Shown here one piece after another: positions 28,519-37,985 of a DNA stretch of 64,000 bases. The notes under the pieces were generated by a model, which saw only the letters and a list, made by a program, of their open reading frames with translations, was not told the DNA's origin and did not search any database. Origin of the DNA: an uncultured Acidobacteriota bacterium (lineage in GTDB: Bacteria > Acidobacteriota > Thermoanaerobaculia > Gp7-AA8 > CAVUJZ01); contig CAVUJZ010000017.1 of the NCBI GenBank assembly GCA_963741905.1, forward strand, positions 273,626 through 337,625, in the 5' to 3' direction. The stretch's first letter is position 1. The number at the start of each line of letters is the position of its first letter. The translations under genes were made by a program, and so were the position numbers.

Positions 28519-30232
28519 ATGAGAGCGAAACTGTGCATCGTCCTCCTTGCCGTCGCCGCGTTCGCCTGGGTCGCCCGGGCCCAGGAGCAACCTTCCGAAG
28601 CGCCGTTCTCCGTCGTCGAGGCGTCGATTCCCGAGATGCAGCGGGCGCTCGCCGAGGGCCGCGTGACCTCGCGCGAGCTGGTCCTGCAGTCGCTCGCGCG
28701 CATCGCGACGTACGAGGACCGACTCCACGCGGTGATCACCGTCAATCCGCACGCGCTCGAGGAGGCCGACGCGCTCGACGCGAGCGCGCGGGCCGGGCAC
28801 GTGCGCGGGCCGCTGCACGGGATTCCGATCGCGCTCAAGGACAACATCCAGACGACCGACATGCCGACCACGGGCGGCGCGCTCGCCTTCGCGCGGCTTC
28901 GTGCCGCCGTACGATGCGACGCTGACGAAGAACCTCCGCGACGCCGGCGCCGATCATCATCGCCAAGACGCAGATGACCGAGCTCGCCAACTGGGTGACC
29001 GAGCGGCGATGCCGAGCAACTACAACGCGCGTCGAGCGGCTACGGCTACAACCCGTACGACCCGCGCCGCGATCCGCGCGAGGGAAGACCTTCGACGGCC
29101 GGCCGGTGCTCGACACCGGCGGCTCGAGCTCGGGCGCCGGCACCGCCGCGAGCTTCTGGGCGGCCAACGTCGGCACCGAGACCTCGGGCTCGATCCTCAG
29201 CCCGTCGAACCAGCAACATGCTGGTCGGCATCAAGCCGACGGTCGGGCGCGTGAGCCGCTACGGTGTCATCCCGATCACCGCCGACCAGGACACGCCGGG
29301 GCCGATGGCGCGCACGGTGACCGATGCCGCGATCATGCTCGGCGCGCTCGAGGGCCGCGGCGCCGATCCGCACGATCCGGCGACGACGCCGCTGCACGCC
29401 GCCGCCCGGCGGCGACTACACGCAGTTCCTGCGCGCGCGACGGCCTGAAGGGGCGCGGATCGGCATCCCGCGCGCCTACTACTACGCCGAGACGACGCCG
29501 CCCGGCGGCCGAGCAGCCGCGCGGCGGGTCTCAACGAGGCGCAGGCGAAGGTCATGGCCGACGCCATCGCGGTGCTGAAGCGGCAGGGGGCGATCATCGT
29601 CGATCCCGGCGGACATCCCGAGCGTCGTCGACACGCGACCCGGAGAGGAACTATGCTCGACTGGGGCGATCTGCGCGAGCGTGCGACGAGGTGAAGGAGC
29701 GGGACTGCTCGATCGTCCTCGGATACGGCATGAAGCGCGACTTCAATCGCTGGCTCGACGACGCTCGGCGACCGGCGCCGGTGAAATCGCTGACCGGCCT
29801 GCGACAGTGGAACCGAGGCGCATGCGACGGCGGGCGCGATCAGTACGGCCAGTCGATGCTCGACATCTCCGACGCGATGGATCTCGACGACCGACCGGGC
29901 GCGCTACGAGGCGGACCGCGCGCGGGACCTCGAGCTGACGGCGACGCACGGCATCGACGAAGTGATGAAGGCGAACAAGCTCGACGCGATCCTTTTTCCC
30001 GGGCCGTGGGGCGCGTCGATCGCGGCGCGGCCAGGCTACCCGACGGTGATCGTGCCGTTCGGCACGGTGCCGAACGCGCCCGACGCCGCCGTTCCCGGAC
30101 GGATTCGACGCGAAGCCGGCGCCGTTCGGCGTGAGCTTCACCGGGATGGCCTGCAGCGAGCCGACGCTGCTGCGGCTCGCCTACGCGTTCGAGCAGGCGA
30201 CGAACCGGCGGGTTCCGCCTCCGTTGGAGTAG
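28519..30232 (+). pseudogene. Secreted amidase (amidase-signature family) broken by at least 10 frame changes
   Basis: A signal peptide is followed by amidase motifs spread over all three frames: [142 protein letters not shown] and FGVSFTGMACSEPTLLRLAYAFEQAT. This segment looks higher in GC than its flanks. Confidence 0.8.
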
Positions 30233-30242
30233 GGTGGATCGC

Positions 30243-30641
30243 TCACCAGATGGTTTCGATCCCGGCGAATGAACGGATGGTTCGATCGCGGGTGATCACC
30301 GGCAGTCGATGATGGAGTGCTGTCGCGACGATCATTCGATCGACGGGATCCCGATGTGACCAGTCGAGACGGGCCGCCTGGACGAGAATCTCCGGTTCGA
30401 GATCGATGACCCGGACCCGGGGAAGTGCCAGCGCATCGCGAATCCACTGCAGAACGTCTCGATCGAGCTCGAGCCGGCCGTGCTCGACCAGCATCGCGAG
30501 CTCCCAGCAACTGAACATCGGGATGCCGACGACGGAAGAGGCTTCGATAGCGCGTCGCGCGGCGGCCGAGAGCCGGCGATCCTCCCCGGCCCACCAGATC
30601 CAGGCGTGGGTGTCACAGAGAATCACCGGTCCGCGTCCCAT
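30243..30641 (-). CDS. vapC: Type II toxin VapC (PIN domain)
   Basis: MGRGPVILCDTHAWIWWAGEDRRLS..SCWELAML..DPVDRMIVATALHHRLPVITRD fits the PIN acidic-residue layout. It overlaps the antitoxin gene by 19 nt. The 206-aa ORF in the track is an upstream extension. Confidence 0.85.
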   Translation of the reverse strand: MGRGPVILCDTHAWIWWAGEDRRLSAAARRAIEASSVVGIPMFSCWELAMLVEHGRLELDRDVLQWIRDALALPRVRVIDLEPEILVQAARLDWSHRDPVDRMIVATALHHRLPVITRDRTIRSFAGIETIW

Positions 30642-30844
30642 TCCTCGTCGATCGGGCCGATCAGGTCTTCCTGGCGGACGATGCTGCCTCGGAGGGGCCT
30701 GGCCTCCTCCAGCGGAACCACCCGCGCAACCGGCCTGCCCCGTTTGGTCACGATCAGCTCGGTCTTCGTCTCGGCGACGTGGTCGAGGAGCCGCAGGCAC
30801 CGGGCCTTGAATTCTCCCGCCGGAATTTCCTCTTTTCTGGCCAT
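30623..30844 (-). CDS. Type II antitoxin (Phd/YefM-like)
   Basis: 73 aa. IPAGEFKARCLRLLDHVAETKTELIVTKRGRPVARVVP is a typical prevent-host-death-type antitoxin sequence. Confidence 0.8.
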   Translation of the reverse strand: MARKEEIPAGEFKARCLRLLDHVAETKTELIVTKRGRPVARVVPLEEARPLRGSIVRQEDLIGPIDEEWDADR

Positions 30845-30942
30845 GGTCGTCTCCCATGGTCATAACCGCGCCGCGGGGGATTTGTTCCCATGTCCGGTTC
30901 CCTGGGGCCTTGGTCCGGCCTCTGGCGCAGAATCTACGAGTT

Positions 30943-30976
30943 GTGGATTTTTGTGGACTTTTGTGGTCGCGGGTGG
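30943..30976 (+). promoter_or_regulatory. Putative MraZ operator: four GTGG boxes at exact 10-bp spacing
   Basis: In ttGTGGattt ttGTGGactt ttGTGGtcgc ggGTGGtagt, GTGG occurs at 30943, 30953, 30963 and 30973, about 75-105 nt upstream of mraZ. Confidence 0.6.
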
Positions 30977-31048
30977 TAGTTTAGGGTCAATCCGGACCTG
31001 AAATGGACCGTTTTACAGGATCTCGACAACGTGGAAATCAATGATCTG

Positions 31049-31483
31049 ATGGGGCATGCCCCCGCGAAAGTCGACGAGAAGGGCCGCATCAAGGTCCCCA
31101 CGGCATTTCGCAGGGTGATCGAGGACCGATGGGGTCCCGAATGTTTCATCACATCGTTCGATGGCGAAAAGGCGGAGATTTATCCGCTGGATGTCTGGCG
31201 ACAGATGCAGTCGAGGCTGGCGGGAGTGCCGTCGGCGAATCCGGCGAAGCGGAAGTTCATGGAGAAGGTGAACTACTTCGGTCAGCTTGCAGCGCTCGAT
31301 GGGCAGGGTCGTCTTCTGGTTCCGGGGGTTCTGCGCCAGGTGGCGTCCCTGGACGGAGACGTGGTGGTTCTGGGGAGTGAGGATCATCTCACCGTCTGGA
31401 ACGAGCAGCGGATTGAGAGCCGGGTCCAGGAGACCCCGCTCACGGATGAAGATTTCAAGGAGCTCGAGCTCCACGGGGTGTAG
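31049..31483 (+). CDS. mraZ: Transcriptional regulator MraZ
   Basis: MGHAPAKVDEKGRIKVPTAFRRV.. and a second half ..LDGQGRLLVPGVLRQ form the duplicated SpoVT/AbrB-like MraZ repeats. It is the first gene of the dcw cluster. Confidence 0.9.
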   Translation: MGHAPAKVDEKGRIKVPTAFRRVIEDRWGPECFITSFDGEKAEIYPLDVWRQMQSRLAGVPSANPAKRKFMEKVNYFGQLAALDGQGRLLVPGVLRQVASLDGDVVVLGSEDHLTVWNEQRIESRVQETPLTDEDFKELELHGV

Positions 31484-31489
31484 CGCTCC

Positions 31490-32458
31490 ATGGAGCATCA
31501 GCCGGTTCTTTTCACTGAAGTTCTCGATCTGGTCCGTCCGGCAGCGCCTGATGGTTTGATCGTCGACGCGACGATCGGGCTCGGAGGGCACGCCGAGGGA
31601 ATGCTCGAGCGGTGGCCTGAGGTGAGGCTGGTCGGAATCGACCGCGATCCGAGGGCGCTCGAGCGGACTGCGCGGCGGCTGGAGCGGTTCGGCGATCGGG
31701 TGATTTTGCGAGAGGGCCGGTACGAGGCGCTCATTGACATTCTGGATTCTCTGGGAGCAGGCGGGATCGATGCGCTTCTTGCGGACCTCGGTGTTTCCTC
31801 AATGCAGCTGGACCAGGCGGAGCGGGGGTTTTCCTTCCGATTCGAGGGTCCGCTGGACATGAGGATGGGGTCCGCTGGTCCGACCGCGGCAGATCTCGTC
31901 AATCGGCTCAGCGAGGGTGAGCTCACTGACATTCTCCGTACCTGGGGGGAGGAGCCGATGGCGAGGCGGATTGCGGCAGCGATCGTCGAGGCACGCTCCG
32001 AGGGCGCCATCGAGACGACGGCCCGGCTGGTCGGGATCGTCCACTCGGTCAAGCGGCCGCGGGGTGATCGGATCGATCCCGCCACTCTGACCTTTCAGGC
32101 GTTGCGGATCGCGGTCAACGAGGAGATCGTCGGGCTCGACGAGTTCGTGGACCGGGCGGTCGAACGGCTGATTCCGGGCGGAAGGATCGGGATCATCTCT
32201 TTTCACTCGCTCGAGGATCGGGTAGTCAAGCGGGCATTTCGGCGCCTGGAAGGGGAGTGCCGGTGTCCTCCCGGTCTTCCGATCTGCGGTTGTGGTGCGG
32301 TTCAGGTGGTCCGGGTTCTGACCCGGAGGCCGGTGGGGGGAGCGGAAGAGGAAATCTCGAGGAATCCGCGAGCTCGAAGCGCGCGGTTGCGAGTGGCGGA
32401 GAAGCAGACCTCGGGATCAGAGGATGGGGAATCGGAAGTGGTGGAGCAGCAGGATTGA
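31490..32458 (+). CDS. rsmH: 16S rRNA (cytosine1402-N4)-methyltransferase
   Basis: HQPVLFTEVL..DATIGLGGHAEGML..LADLGVSSMQLD..ISFHSLEDRVVK..NPRARSARLRV are conserved RsmH/MraW motifs. Confidence 0.95.
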   Translation: MEHQPVLFTEVLDLVRPAAPDGLIVDATIGLGGHAEGMLERWPEVRLVGIDRDPRALERTARRLERFGDRVILREGRYEALIDILDSLGAGGIDALLADLGVSSMQLDQAERGFSFRFEGPLDMRMGSAGPTAADLVNRLSEGELTDILRTWGEEPMARRIAAAIVEARSEGAIETTARLVGIVHSVKRPRGDRIDPATLTFQALRIAVNEEIVGLDEFVDRAVERLIPGGRIGIISFHSLEDRVVKRAFRRLEGECRCPPGLPICGCGAVQVVRVLTRRPVGGAEEEISRNPRARSARLRVAEKQTSGSEDGESEVVEQQD

Positions 32459-32654
32459 CAGAGGAAGGAACGATCAGAGTTTCGTGAGTCAGGAAGCAAG
32501 GGTGAAGGTCCGGGGAAGGGATGGGTGTGTGTGCCCCCGGTGAAGCTCGGGAGGGGTGGAGCGTGGAGTGTGGGTGTAAGTGGATGGTTTCCCGTGGCGT
32601 ACAAAAAGGCAGATCTTCACCCTTGTTTGCTGACTTACCGGTGGTCCCGAGAGC

Positions 32655-33032
32655 ATGTACGCGCAGAAGAAATCCATCGACAATGTTCATATTGTCCGCG
32701 AGAGGGATCGTCAGCGATTCCGTGAGCTTCTCGCGGTCTTTTCTCTCGGGGTCCCTCTAGGTCTCTTCCTTCTTCTTTTCACCTGGCAGAACATCGAGGT
32801 GATCCGTCTGGGGCGGGAAGCGACGCGCCTGCAGGAGGTCCGCCGCGATCTGGAGGACGAGAATCGCAAACTCGCCGTTCAGATCGAGCAGACCATCGCC
32901 CTCGATCACGTCGAGGAGCGCGCCGCGGATCTCCGTCTGCATCCGGTGGAGGATGGCGCTCTGGTGATCGTCACTCCGTCCCGCTCGAGCCGCAATGTCG
33001 CGAGGGCGTCACGCCGGGAGGCCCGGCCATGA
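32655..33032 (+). CDS. ftsL: Cell division protein FtsL-like
   Basis: 125 aa with a single TM (LLAVFSLGVPLGLFLLLF) followed by a coiled coil. It sits between rsmH and ftsI, and its stop overlaps the ftsI start. Confidence 0.6.
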   Translation: MYAQKKSIDNVHIVRERDRQRFRELLAVFSLGVPLGLFLLLFTWQNIEVIRLGREATRLQEVRRDLEDENRKLAVQIEQTIALDHVEERAADLRLHPVEDGALVIVTPSRSSRNVARASRREARP

Positions 33033-34831
33033 CTCTTCAGCGAAGGCGGATGTTTCTGCTGGGAATGGGCGTCGCCGTATGGGCGGTGATCATCGTCGCC
33101 CGGCTGGTCCAGATCCAGATCGTCCGGCACGAGGATTACGTGCAGAGAGCGGCGCGCCAGCAGGAGCGCACCATCACGCTCACGCCGATGCGCGGCTCGG
33201 TCTACGACGCCCGAGGAAGGCTGCTGGCCGAGAGCATCACCTCGAACTCCATCTACGCCGATCCCCAGGCCATCGAGGATCCGAAGGCGGTGGCGTCCGC
33301 TCTGGCGAAGGTGGACGGTCTTCATCTGGACCGGGACGATCTGGAGAGGCGACTACGGCGTGGTGGCGAGTTCGTCTGGGTCGCCCGTCAGGTCAGTGAT
33401 CCGGTCTGGGCGGCGGTCTCGGGACTGAATCTGCCGGGAATTCACTCGCTCGACGAGCATCGCCGGGCGTGGCCCAACGGGCAGCTCGCCGCCTCGGTTC
33501 TCGGATGGGTCGGAATCGACGGTGAAGGTCTCGCCGGGGTGGAGCACGCATTGAACCGTTACGTGCGCGGCAACGCCGGGGTGGTCACACTCCTCCGTGA
33601 CGCGCGGCGCGGGATGTATCAGGTAGGCGGCGAAGGGGGCGACCAGCCGGTCAACGGCCTGGACGTCTACCTCACCGTCGACGAGGTGATCCAGCATCTC
33701 GCGGAGCGGGCGCTGGAGAAGACCGTAGAGCAGTATCGAGCCCGGAGCGGGGTGGTGGTGGTGATGGATCCGCGGGACGGCTCGGTGCTGGCGATGGCCT
33801 CCTCCCCCTCGTTCGATCCGAATCGCTTTGGCCGCTATCCATCGAGCGCATGGCGGAACCGTGCGGTCCAGGACGTTTACGAACCGGGCTCCACCTTCAA
33901 GATCGTCACTGCCTCGGCGGGTCTGGAAGAAGGAATCGTCACCCCGTCCCAGGTGATCGACTGTCAGGATGGATCGATTCAGGTCGCCAACATTCGGATC
34001 CGCGAACACGACGGCAATGCCTACGGACTGATGTCGTTCGAGGACGTGATCGCCCACTCCTCGAATGTCGGGACGATCAAGGTCGCCCTCTCGCTCGGTC
34101 CCGAGCGGCTCTACGACTACGCTCGCCGCTTCGGATTCGGTCAGACCAGCGGCATTCAGCTTCCGGGTGAGGCGGCTGGAATCCTCCGACCGACCGAAAA
34201 ATGGTCGAAGGTCTCGAACGCCGCGATCGCCATCGGTCAGGAGGTGGCGGTGACTCCGCTGCAGATGGCTCACGCGATGTGCATCGTGGCCAACGGAGGC
34301 CGGAGCGTTCCGCCTCACATCGTCGATCGGATCGTCGATCCGGACGGAAGCGTCGTCTGGGCGCCTCCTGCACAGAAGCCGGTTCGGGTGATCTCCGAGC
34401 GCACCGCCGCCGTCATGAACGAGATCCTCAAGGGGGTCGTCGATCATGGAACGGGGCAGCATGCGGCCCTTCCCGAGTATGTGGTGGCCGGCAAGACCGG
34501 AACCGCGCAGAAGGCCGGCCCGGGAGGATACCTCCCCAATGCGAGCATCGCATCCTTCATCGGATACGTCCCGGCGGATCGACCCCGGCTGGTCGTCCTG
34601 GTGGTGATCGACGAGCCTCACGGCTCCCAGTACGGTGGAACGGTCGCCGCACCGGCGTTTCGGGAGATCGCCGAGGGTTCGTTGAGATACCTCGGAGTCG
34701 AGCCTGCATTTCCTCAGAGACAGATCTCTCTGGACGACAACACCCGATTGGCGAAACTCTCGCAACCGTCCCCGCTCAGAGAACGATCCGCCCGAGCGGG
34801 CGGAATTCTGCCAGGGGAGGGGTTGCAATGA
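33029..34831 (+). CDS. ftsI: Peptidoglycan D,D-transpeptidase (class B PBP, FtsI/PBP3)
   Basis: An N-terminal TM, a PBP dimerisation domain, and transpeptidase motifs STFK, SSN and KTGT are present. Confidence 0.9.
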   Translation: MTLQRRRMFLLGMGVAVWAVIIVARLVQIQIVRHEDYVQRAARQQERTITLTPMRGSVYDARGRLLAESITSNSIYADPQAIEDPKAVASALAKVDGLHLDRDDLERRLRRGGEFVWVARQVSDPVWAAVSGLNLPGIHSLDEHRRAWPNGQLAASVLGWVGIDGEGLAGVEHALNRYVRGNAGVVTLLRDARRGMYQVGGEGGDQPVNGLDVYLTVDEVIQHLAERALEKTVEQYRARSGVVVVMDPRDGSVLAMASSPSFDPNRFGRYPSSAWRNRAVQDVYEPGSTFKIVTASAGLEEGIVTPSQVIDCQDGSIQVANIRIREHDGNAYGLMSFEDVIAHSSNVGTIKVALSLGPERLYDYARRFGFGQTSGIQLPGEAAGILRPTEKWSKVSNAAIAIGQEVAVTPLQMAHAMCIVANGGRSVPPHIVDRIVDPDGSVVWAPPAQKPVRVISERTAAVMNEILKGVVDHGTGQHAALPEYVVAGKTGTAQKAGPGGYLPNASIASFIGYVPADRPRLVVLVVIDEPHGSQYGGTVAAPAFREIAEGSLRYLGVEPAFPQRQISLDDNTRLAKLSQPSPLRERSARAGGILPGEGLQ

Positions 34832-36321
34832 AATTACGGAATCTTCTCGAGCAGGTCACCGTCAGACGGATGCTCGGCAGCGACGCGGTCGAGATCGCCT
34901 CGGTGACCTCCGATTCCAGACTGGTCCACCAGGGCTCGCTGTTCGTCGCCATTCCGGGGTTCCAGGTCGATGGGAACGAATTCATCGACAGCGCGATCGA
35001 GAAGGGTGCGAAGGCCATTCTCTCGGACCACGAGCCGCGTCAGATCGAGGGGGTGACCTTCGTTCAGGTCAACGATGCAAGGGAGGCCTGCTCGCTGGTC
35101 GCGGCGGCCTTTCACGGCAACCCTGCTTCGCGGTTCCCGCTGGTCGGGGTCACCGGAACCTCCGGAAAAACCACCACCACGAAGATGCTCGAGTCGATTT
35201 TCGATGCGACCGGCGAGCCGACCGGTCTGATCGGAACCATCGAGTATCGCGCCGGCCAGCAGCACGAGATCGCCGATCGCACCACTCCCGACTCGGTGAT
35301 CCTGCAGGAATGGCTCGGAAAGATGGTCGAAGAGCGGGTGCGGTACGCGGTGATGGAAGTTTCCTCCCACGCGCTGGCCCTCAAGCGGACTCACGGGATG
35401 CATTTCGCCGCGGCAATTTTCACCAACCTGTCGCGCGATCACTTCGACTTTCACGCCGATTTCGAGGATTACTTCTCGGCAAAGAAGATCCTCTTCGATC
35501 AGATCGACCGGTCGCGCCGCACCGCGGTGGTCAATCGGGATGATTCCTGGGGGCGGCGGCTGATTGACGAGCTTGGAGACGCGGCCCTGACCTTCGGACG
35601 CTCCAGCGAGGCGGACGTGCGGCCGGAGGGGGATCTCCAGGTCACCATTCACGGTCTCCACGGAACGATCGCGACTCCGCAGGGGCCGGTGCGGCTGGAA
35701 TCCGCCCTGCTCGGAGTCCCCAACCTCTACAACTGGCTGGCCGCGATCGGGGTGGCGAGGATCCTGAATATCGAGACCGAGGCGATCGAAGAGGGCATCC
35801 GCAATCTGCGATCGGTGCGGGGGCGATTCGAGCGAGCCTCGCTCTCCGAGGATCAGCTTCCGGTGATCGTCGACTACGCACACAAACCCGATGCTCTCGA
35901 AAAACTGCTGCGCGCGGTCCGCGAGCTCGCTCCTGACCGGAAGCTCGTGCTGGTGGTCGGCTGCGGCGGAGATCGGGACAAGGGAAAACGGCCGCTGATG
36001 GGAGAGATCGCCGTCCGCCTCGCGGATCAGACCCTGATCACCAGCGACAATCCGCGGAGCGAAAAGCCGGAGGCGATCATTGCGGAGATGGAGGCGGGGG
36101 CGCGGGAGGCCGAGGGAGGCGACTACACAGTGGTCGTGGACCGTCGCGAAGCGATCGAGAAGGCCATCGTCGAGGCAGAGGACGCCTCTGTGGTGGTGAT
36201 TGCGGGGAAAGGTCACGAGGACTATCAGGTCATCGGAGACCGGATTCTGCACTTCGACGATCGGGAGGAAGCGAGGGCGGCGCTGGAAAAAAGAGAAAGA
36301 AAAAGACTCGGGAAAAAATGA
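34828..36321 (+). CDS. murE: UDP-N-acetylmuramoyl-L-alanyl-D-glutamate--2,6-diaminopimelate ligase
   Basis: The start MKLRNLLEQ overlaps the ftsI stop (ATGA). GVTGTSGKTTT and the DNPR motif (ITSDNPRSE) are present. The longer ORF in the track is an upstream artefact. Confidence 0.9.
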   Translation: MKLRNLLEQVTVRRMLGSDAVEIASVTSDSRLVHQGSLFVAIPGFQVDGNEFIDSAIEKGAKAILSDHEPRQIEGVTFVQVNDAREACSLVAAAFHGNPASRFPLVGVTGTSGKTTTTKMLESIFDATGEPTGLIGTIEYRAGQQHEIADRTTPDSVILQEWLGKMVEERVRYAVMEVSSHALALKRTHGMHFAAAIFTNLSRDHFDFHADFEDYFSAKKILFDQIDRSRRTAVVNRDDSWGRRLIDELGDAALTFGRSSEADVRPEGDLQVTIHGLHGTIATPQGPVRLESALLGVPNLYNWLAAIGVARILNIETEAIEEGIRNLRSVRGRFERASLSEDQLPVIVDYAHKPDALEKLLRAVRELAPDRKLVLVVGCGGDRDKGKRPLMGEIAVRLADQTLITSDNPRSEKPEAIIAEMEAGAREAEGGDYTVVVDRREAIEKAIVEAEDASVVVIAGKGHEDYQVIGDRILHFDDREEARAALEKRERKRLGKK

Positions 36322-36345
36322 TGATGATTATTCCCGAAATGCTGG

Positions 36346-36375
36346 TTGAAATTCACTATGAAAATATCGTATCCT
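36346..36375 (+). promoter_or_regulatory. Candidate internal sigma70-type promoter in an AT-rich island (TTGAAA-N18-TATCCT)
   Basis: TTGAAA lies at 36346-36351 and TATCCT at 36370-36375, inside the 290-nt murE-murF gap. It shares TTGAAAT(T)CAC with the murG-murC gap. Confidence 0.3.
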
Positions 36376-36611
36376 AGCAACCTGAAATCGAGCTGCCCTG
36401 TTCCGGCTCCGCCGGCGAGTGGGTGGGGGCGAGGGTGTACAGCGACCGCGAGGCAGTCCTGGGGGGAAGGGGCGATCGCTGTACACGACCGGTGGGGTCG
36501 GAAGAGCGCAGTTCGTTTCGCCTGCCACGTCATTCCCGAGGAGCGTGTCGTTCCCGCCCCGTCACGCGGGGCGACAGTCCTGCCTGCATACGATCCGAAA
36601 GGGGAGAGTGC

Positions 36612-37985
36612 ATGCCTCGGTTGACCTTTGATCGAATTGCGGAGATGGCCGGAGGACGGGTCGTCCGCGGTGGCGATCTCTTCGCGGATTCGGTGGTGAT
36701 CGACAGCCGGAAGGCGGCGGAGGGCGCAGTCTTTTTCGCCATCCGCGGAGAACGGCTCGATGGTCATGACTTCCTCGTTCAGGCGCTCGAGAGCGGTGCC
36801 GGAGCGGTGGTGGAGCAGGTGCCGGAGGGGCTGCCTGCGGATCGCGGAATCGTTCAGGTCGACGACACCACGCGAGCACTGCAGGCGCTGGCCAGGAGCA
36901 TTCGGAATGACTCGGACGTCCTGCTGATCGGTGTGACCGGTTCGACCGGAAAGACCACCACGAAGGAAATGATCGCCTCGTTGATCGGGACCTCCCGGAA
37001 GGTCTGGCGGTCCTGGGGAAACTTCAACAACCACATCGGTCTGCCGCTCTGTCTGTCGAACATGCCGGAGGAGACCGAGGTGGTCGTTTCCGAGATGGGG
37101 ATGAGCGCCAAAGGGGAGATCGAGTTTCTGGCCCGTCTGGCGGGCCCGAACATCGGCGTCTACACCAACATCCGTCCGGTGCATCTGGAGTTTTTCGACT
37201 CGATCGACGGGATCGCGGCCGCCAAGCGGGAGCTTCTGGAGAACGTGCGGCAGGGCGGCTCGATCGTGATCAACGCCGACGACGAGCGGGTGGTGGGGAT
37301 CAGTGAAGGATTCCCCGGAAGGAAAGTCACCTACGGAGTGGAGAAGGATGCGGAATTCCGCGCGCTCGAGGTGCGGTCGCTGGGGCTGCTCGGGACCGAG
37401 CTCACACTGCGGGCGGAAGGATCGGAGCGGCGTCTTTCGTCGTCCCTGCCCGGGCGGTACAACCTGGAGAACCTCCTGGCTGCCATCGCCACGGCCCGGA
37501 TGGTGGGGATCGGGTGGGATGAGATCGAATCCGCGGCGGCGGCTCTTCAGCCGGCGGAGCATCGAGGCGTGGTGGTGAAGATGCGGGGCCTGACCGTCTA
37601 CGACGATTGTTACAACTCGAATCCGTACGCTCTCGGCCGGGCGCTGGAGCTGATGTCCGAGGTGCCATGGGAGGGGCGGCGGATCGCGGTAGTTGGGGAC
37701 ATGCTCGAACTGGGGGGAGACGAGCTGGAGTTTCACCGTGAGGCGGGCCGTGCGATTCCCTCCGCGGTGGACGTGATCGTCGCGGTGGGGCGTCGCTCGA
37801 AGGCGTTGATCGAGGGGGCCGGCGAAGCTGGCTTCGCCTCGGATGCGCTGCATCACTTCGACGACGCGGAAGCGGCCGGGGAGTTCCTGGACGGCTTCGT
37901 CCGTCCCGGGGATCTCGTTCTGCTGAAGGCATCGCGCGGGATCGGACTCGATCGCATCCTCACCCGGCTGGAGAGGGAGGCCTGA
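36612..37985 (+). CDS. murF: UDP-N-acetylmuramoyl-tripeptide--D-alanyl-D-alanine ligase
   Basis: Begins MPRLTFDRIAEMAGGRVV. GVTGSTGKTTTKEM and the Mur ligase central and C-terminal domains are present. Confidence 0.9.
   Translation: MPRLTFDRIAEMAGGRVVRGGDLFADSVVIDSRKAAEGAVFFAIRGERLDGHDFLVQALESGAGAVVEQVPEGLPADRGIVQVDDTTRALQALARSIRNDSDVLLIGVTGSTGKTTTKEMIASLIGTSRKVWRSWGNFNNHIGLPLCLSNMPEETEVVVSEMGMSAKGEIEFLARLAGPNIGVYTNIRPVHLEFFDSIDGIAAAKRELLENVRQGGSIVINADDERVVGISEGFPGRKVTYGVEKDAEFRALEVRSLGLLGTELTLRAEGSERRLSSSLPGRYNLENLLAAIATARMVGIGWDEIESAAAALQPAEHRGVVVKMRGLTVYDDCYNSNPYALGRALELMSEVPWEGRRIAVVGDMLELGGDELEFHREAGRAIPSAVDVIVAVGRRSKALIEGAGEAGFASDALHHFDDAEAAGEFLDGFVRPGDLVLLKASRGIGLDRILTRLEREA

Noticed and set aside
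30243-30863. 206-aa ORF covering both the vapC and the antitoxin region
   Set aside because: The first 74 residues are an Arg/Pro/Gly-rich read-through in a different frame from the real antitoxin. The PIN protein starts at the internal Met (30641), and the antitoxin is the 73-aa ORF at 30623-30844.
32459-32654. G-rich, C-poor rsmH-ftsL spacer as a G-quadruplex or ncRNA
   Set aside because: The G-runs are irregular and the fourth tract would need a loop of more than 20 nt. I saw no convincing stem-loops or promoter boxes. This is noted only as a compositional oddity.
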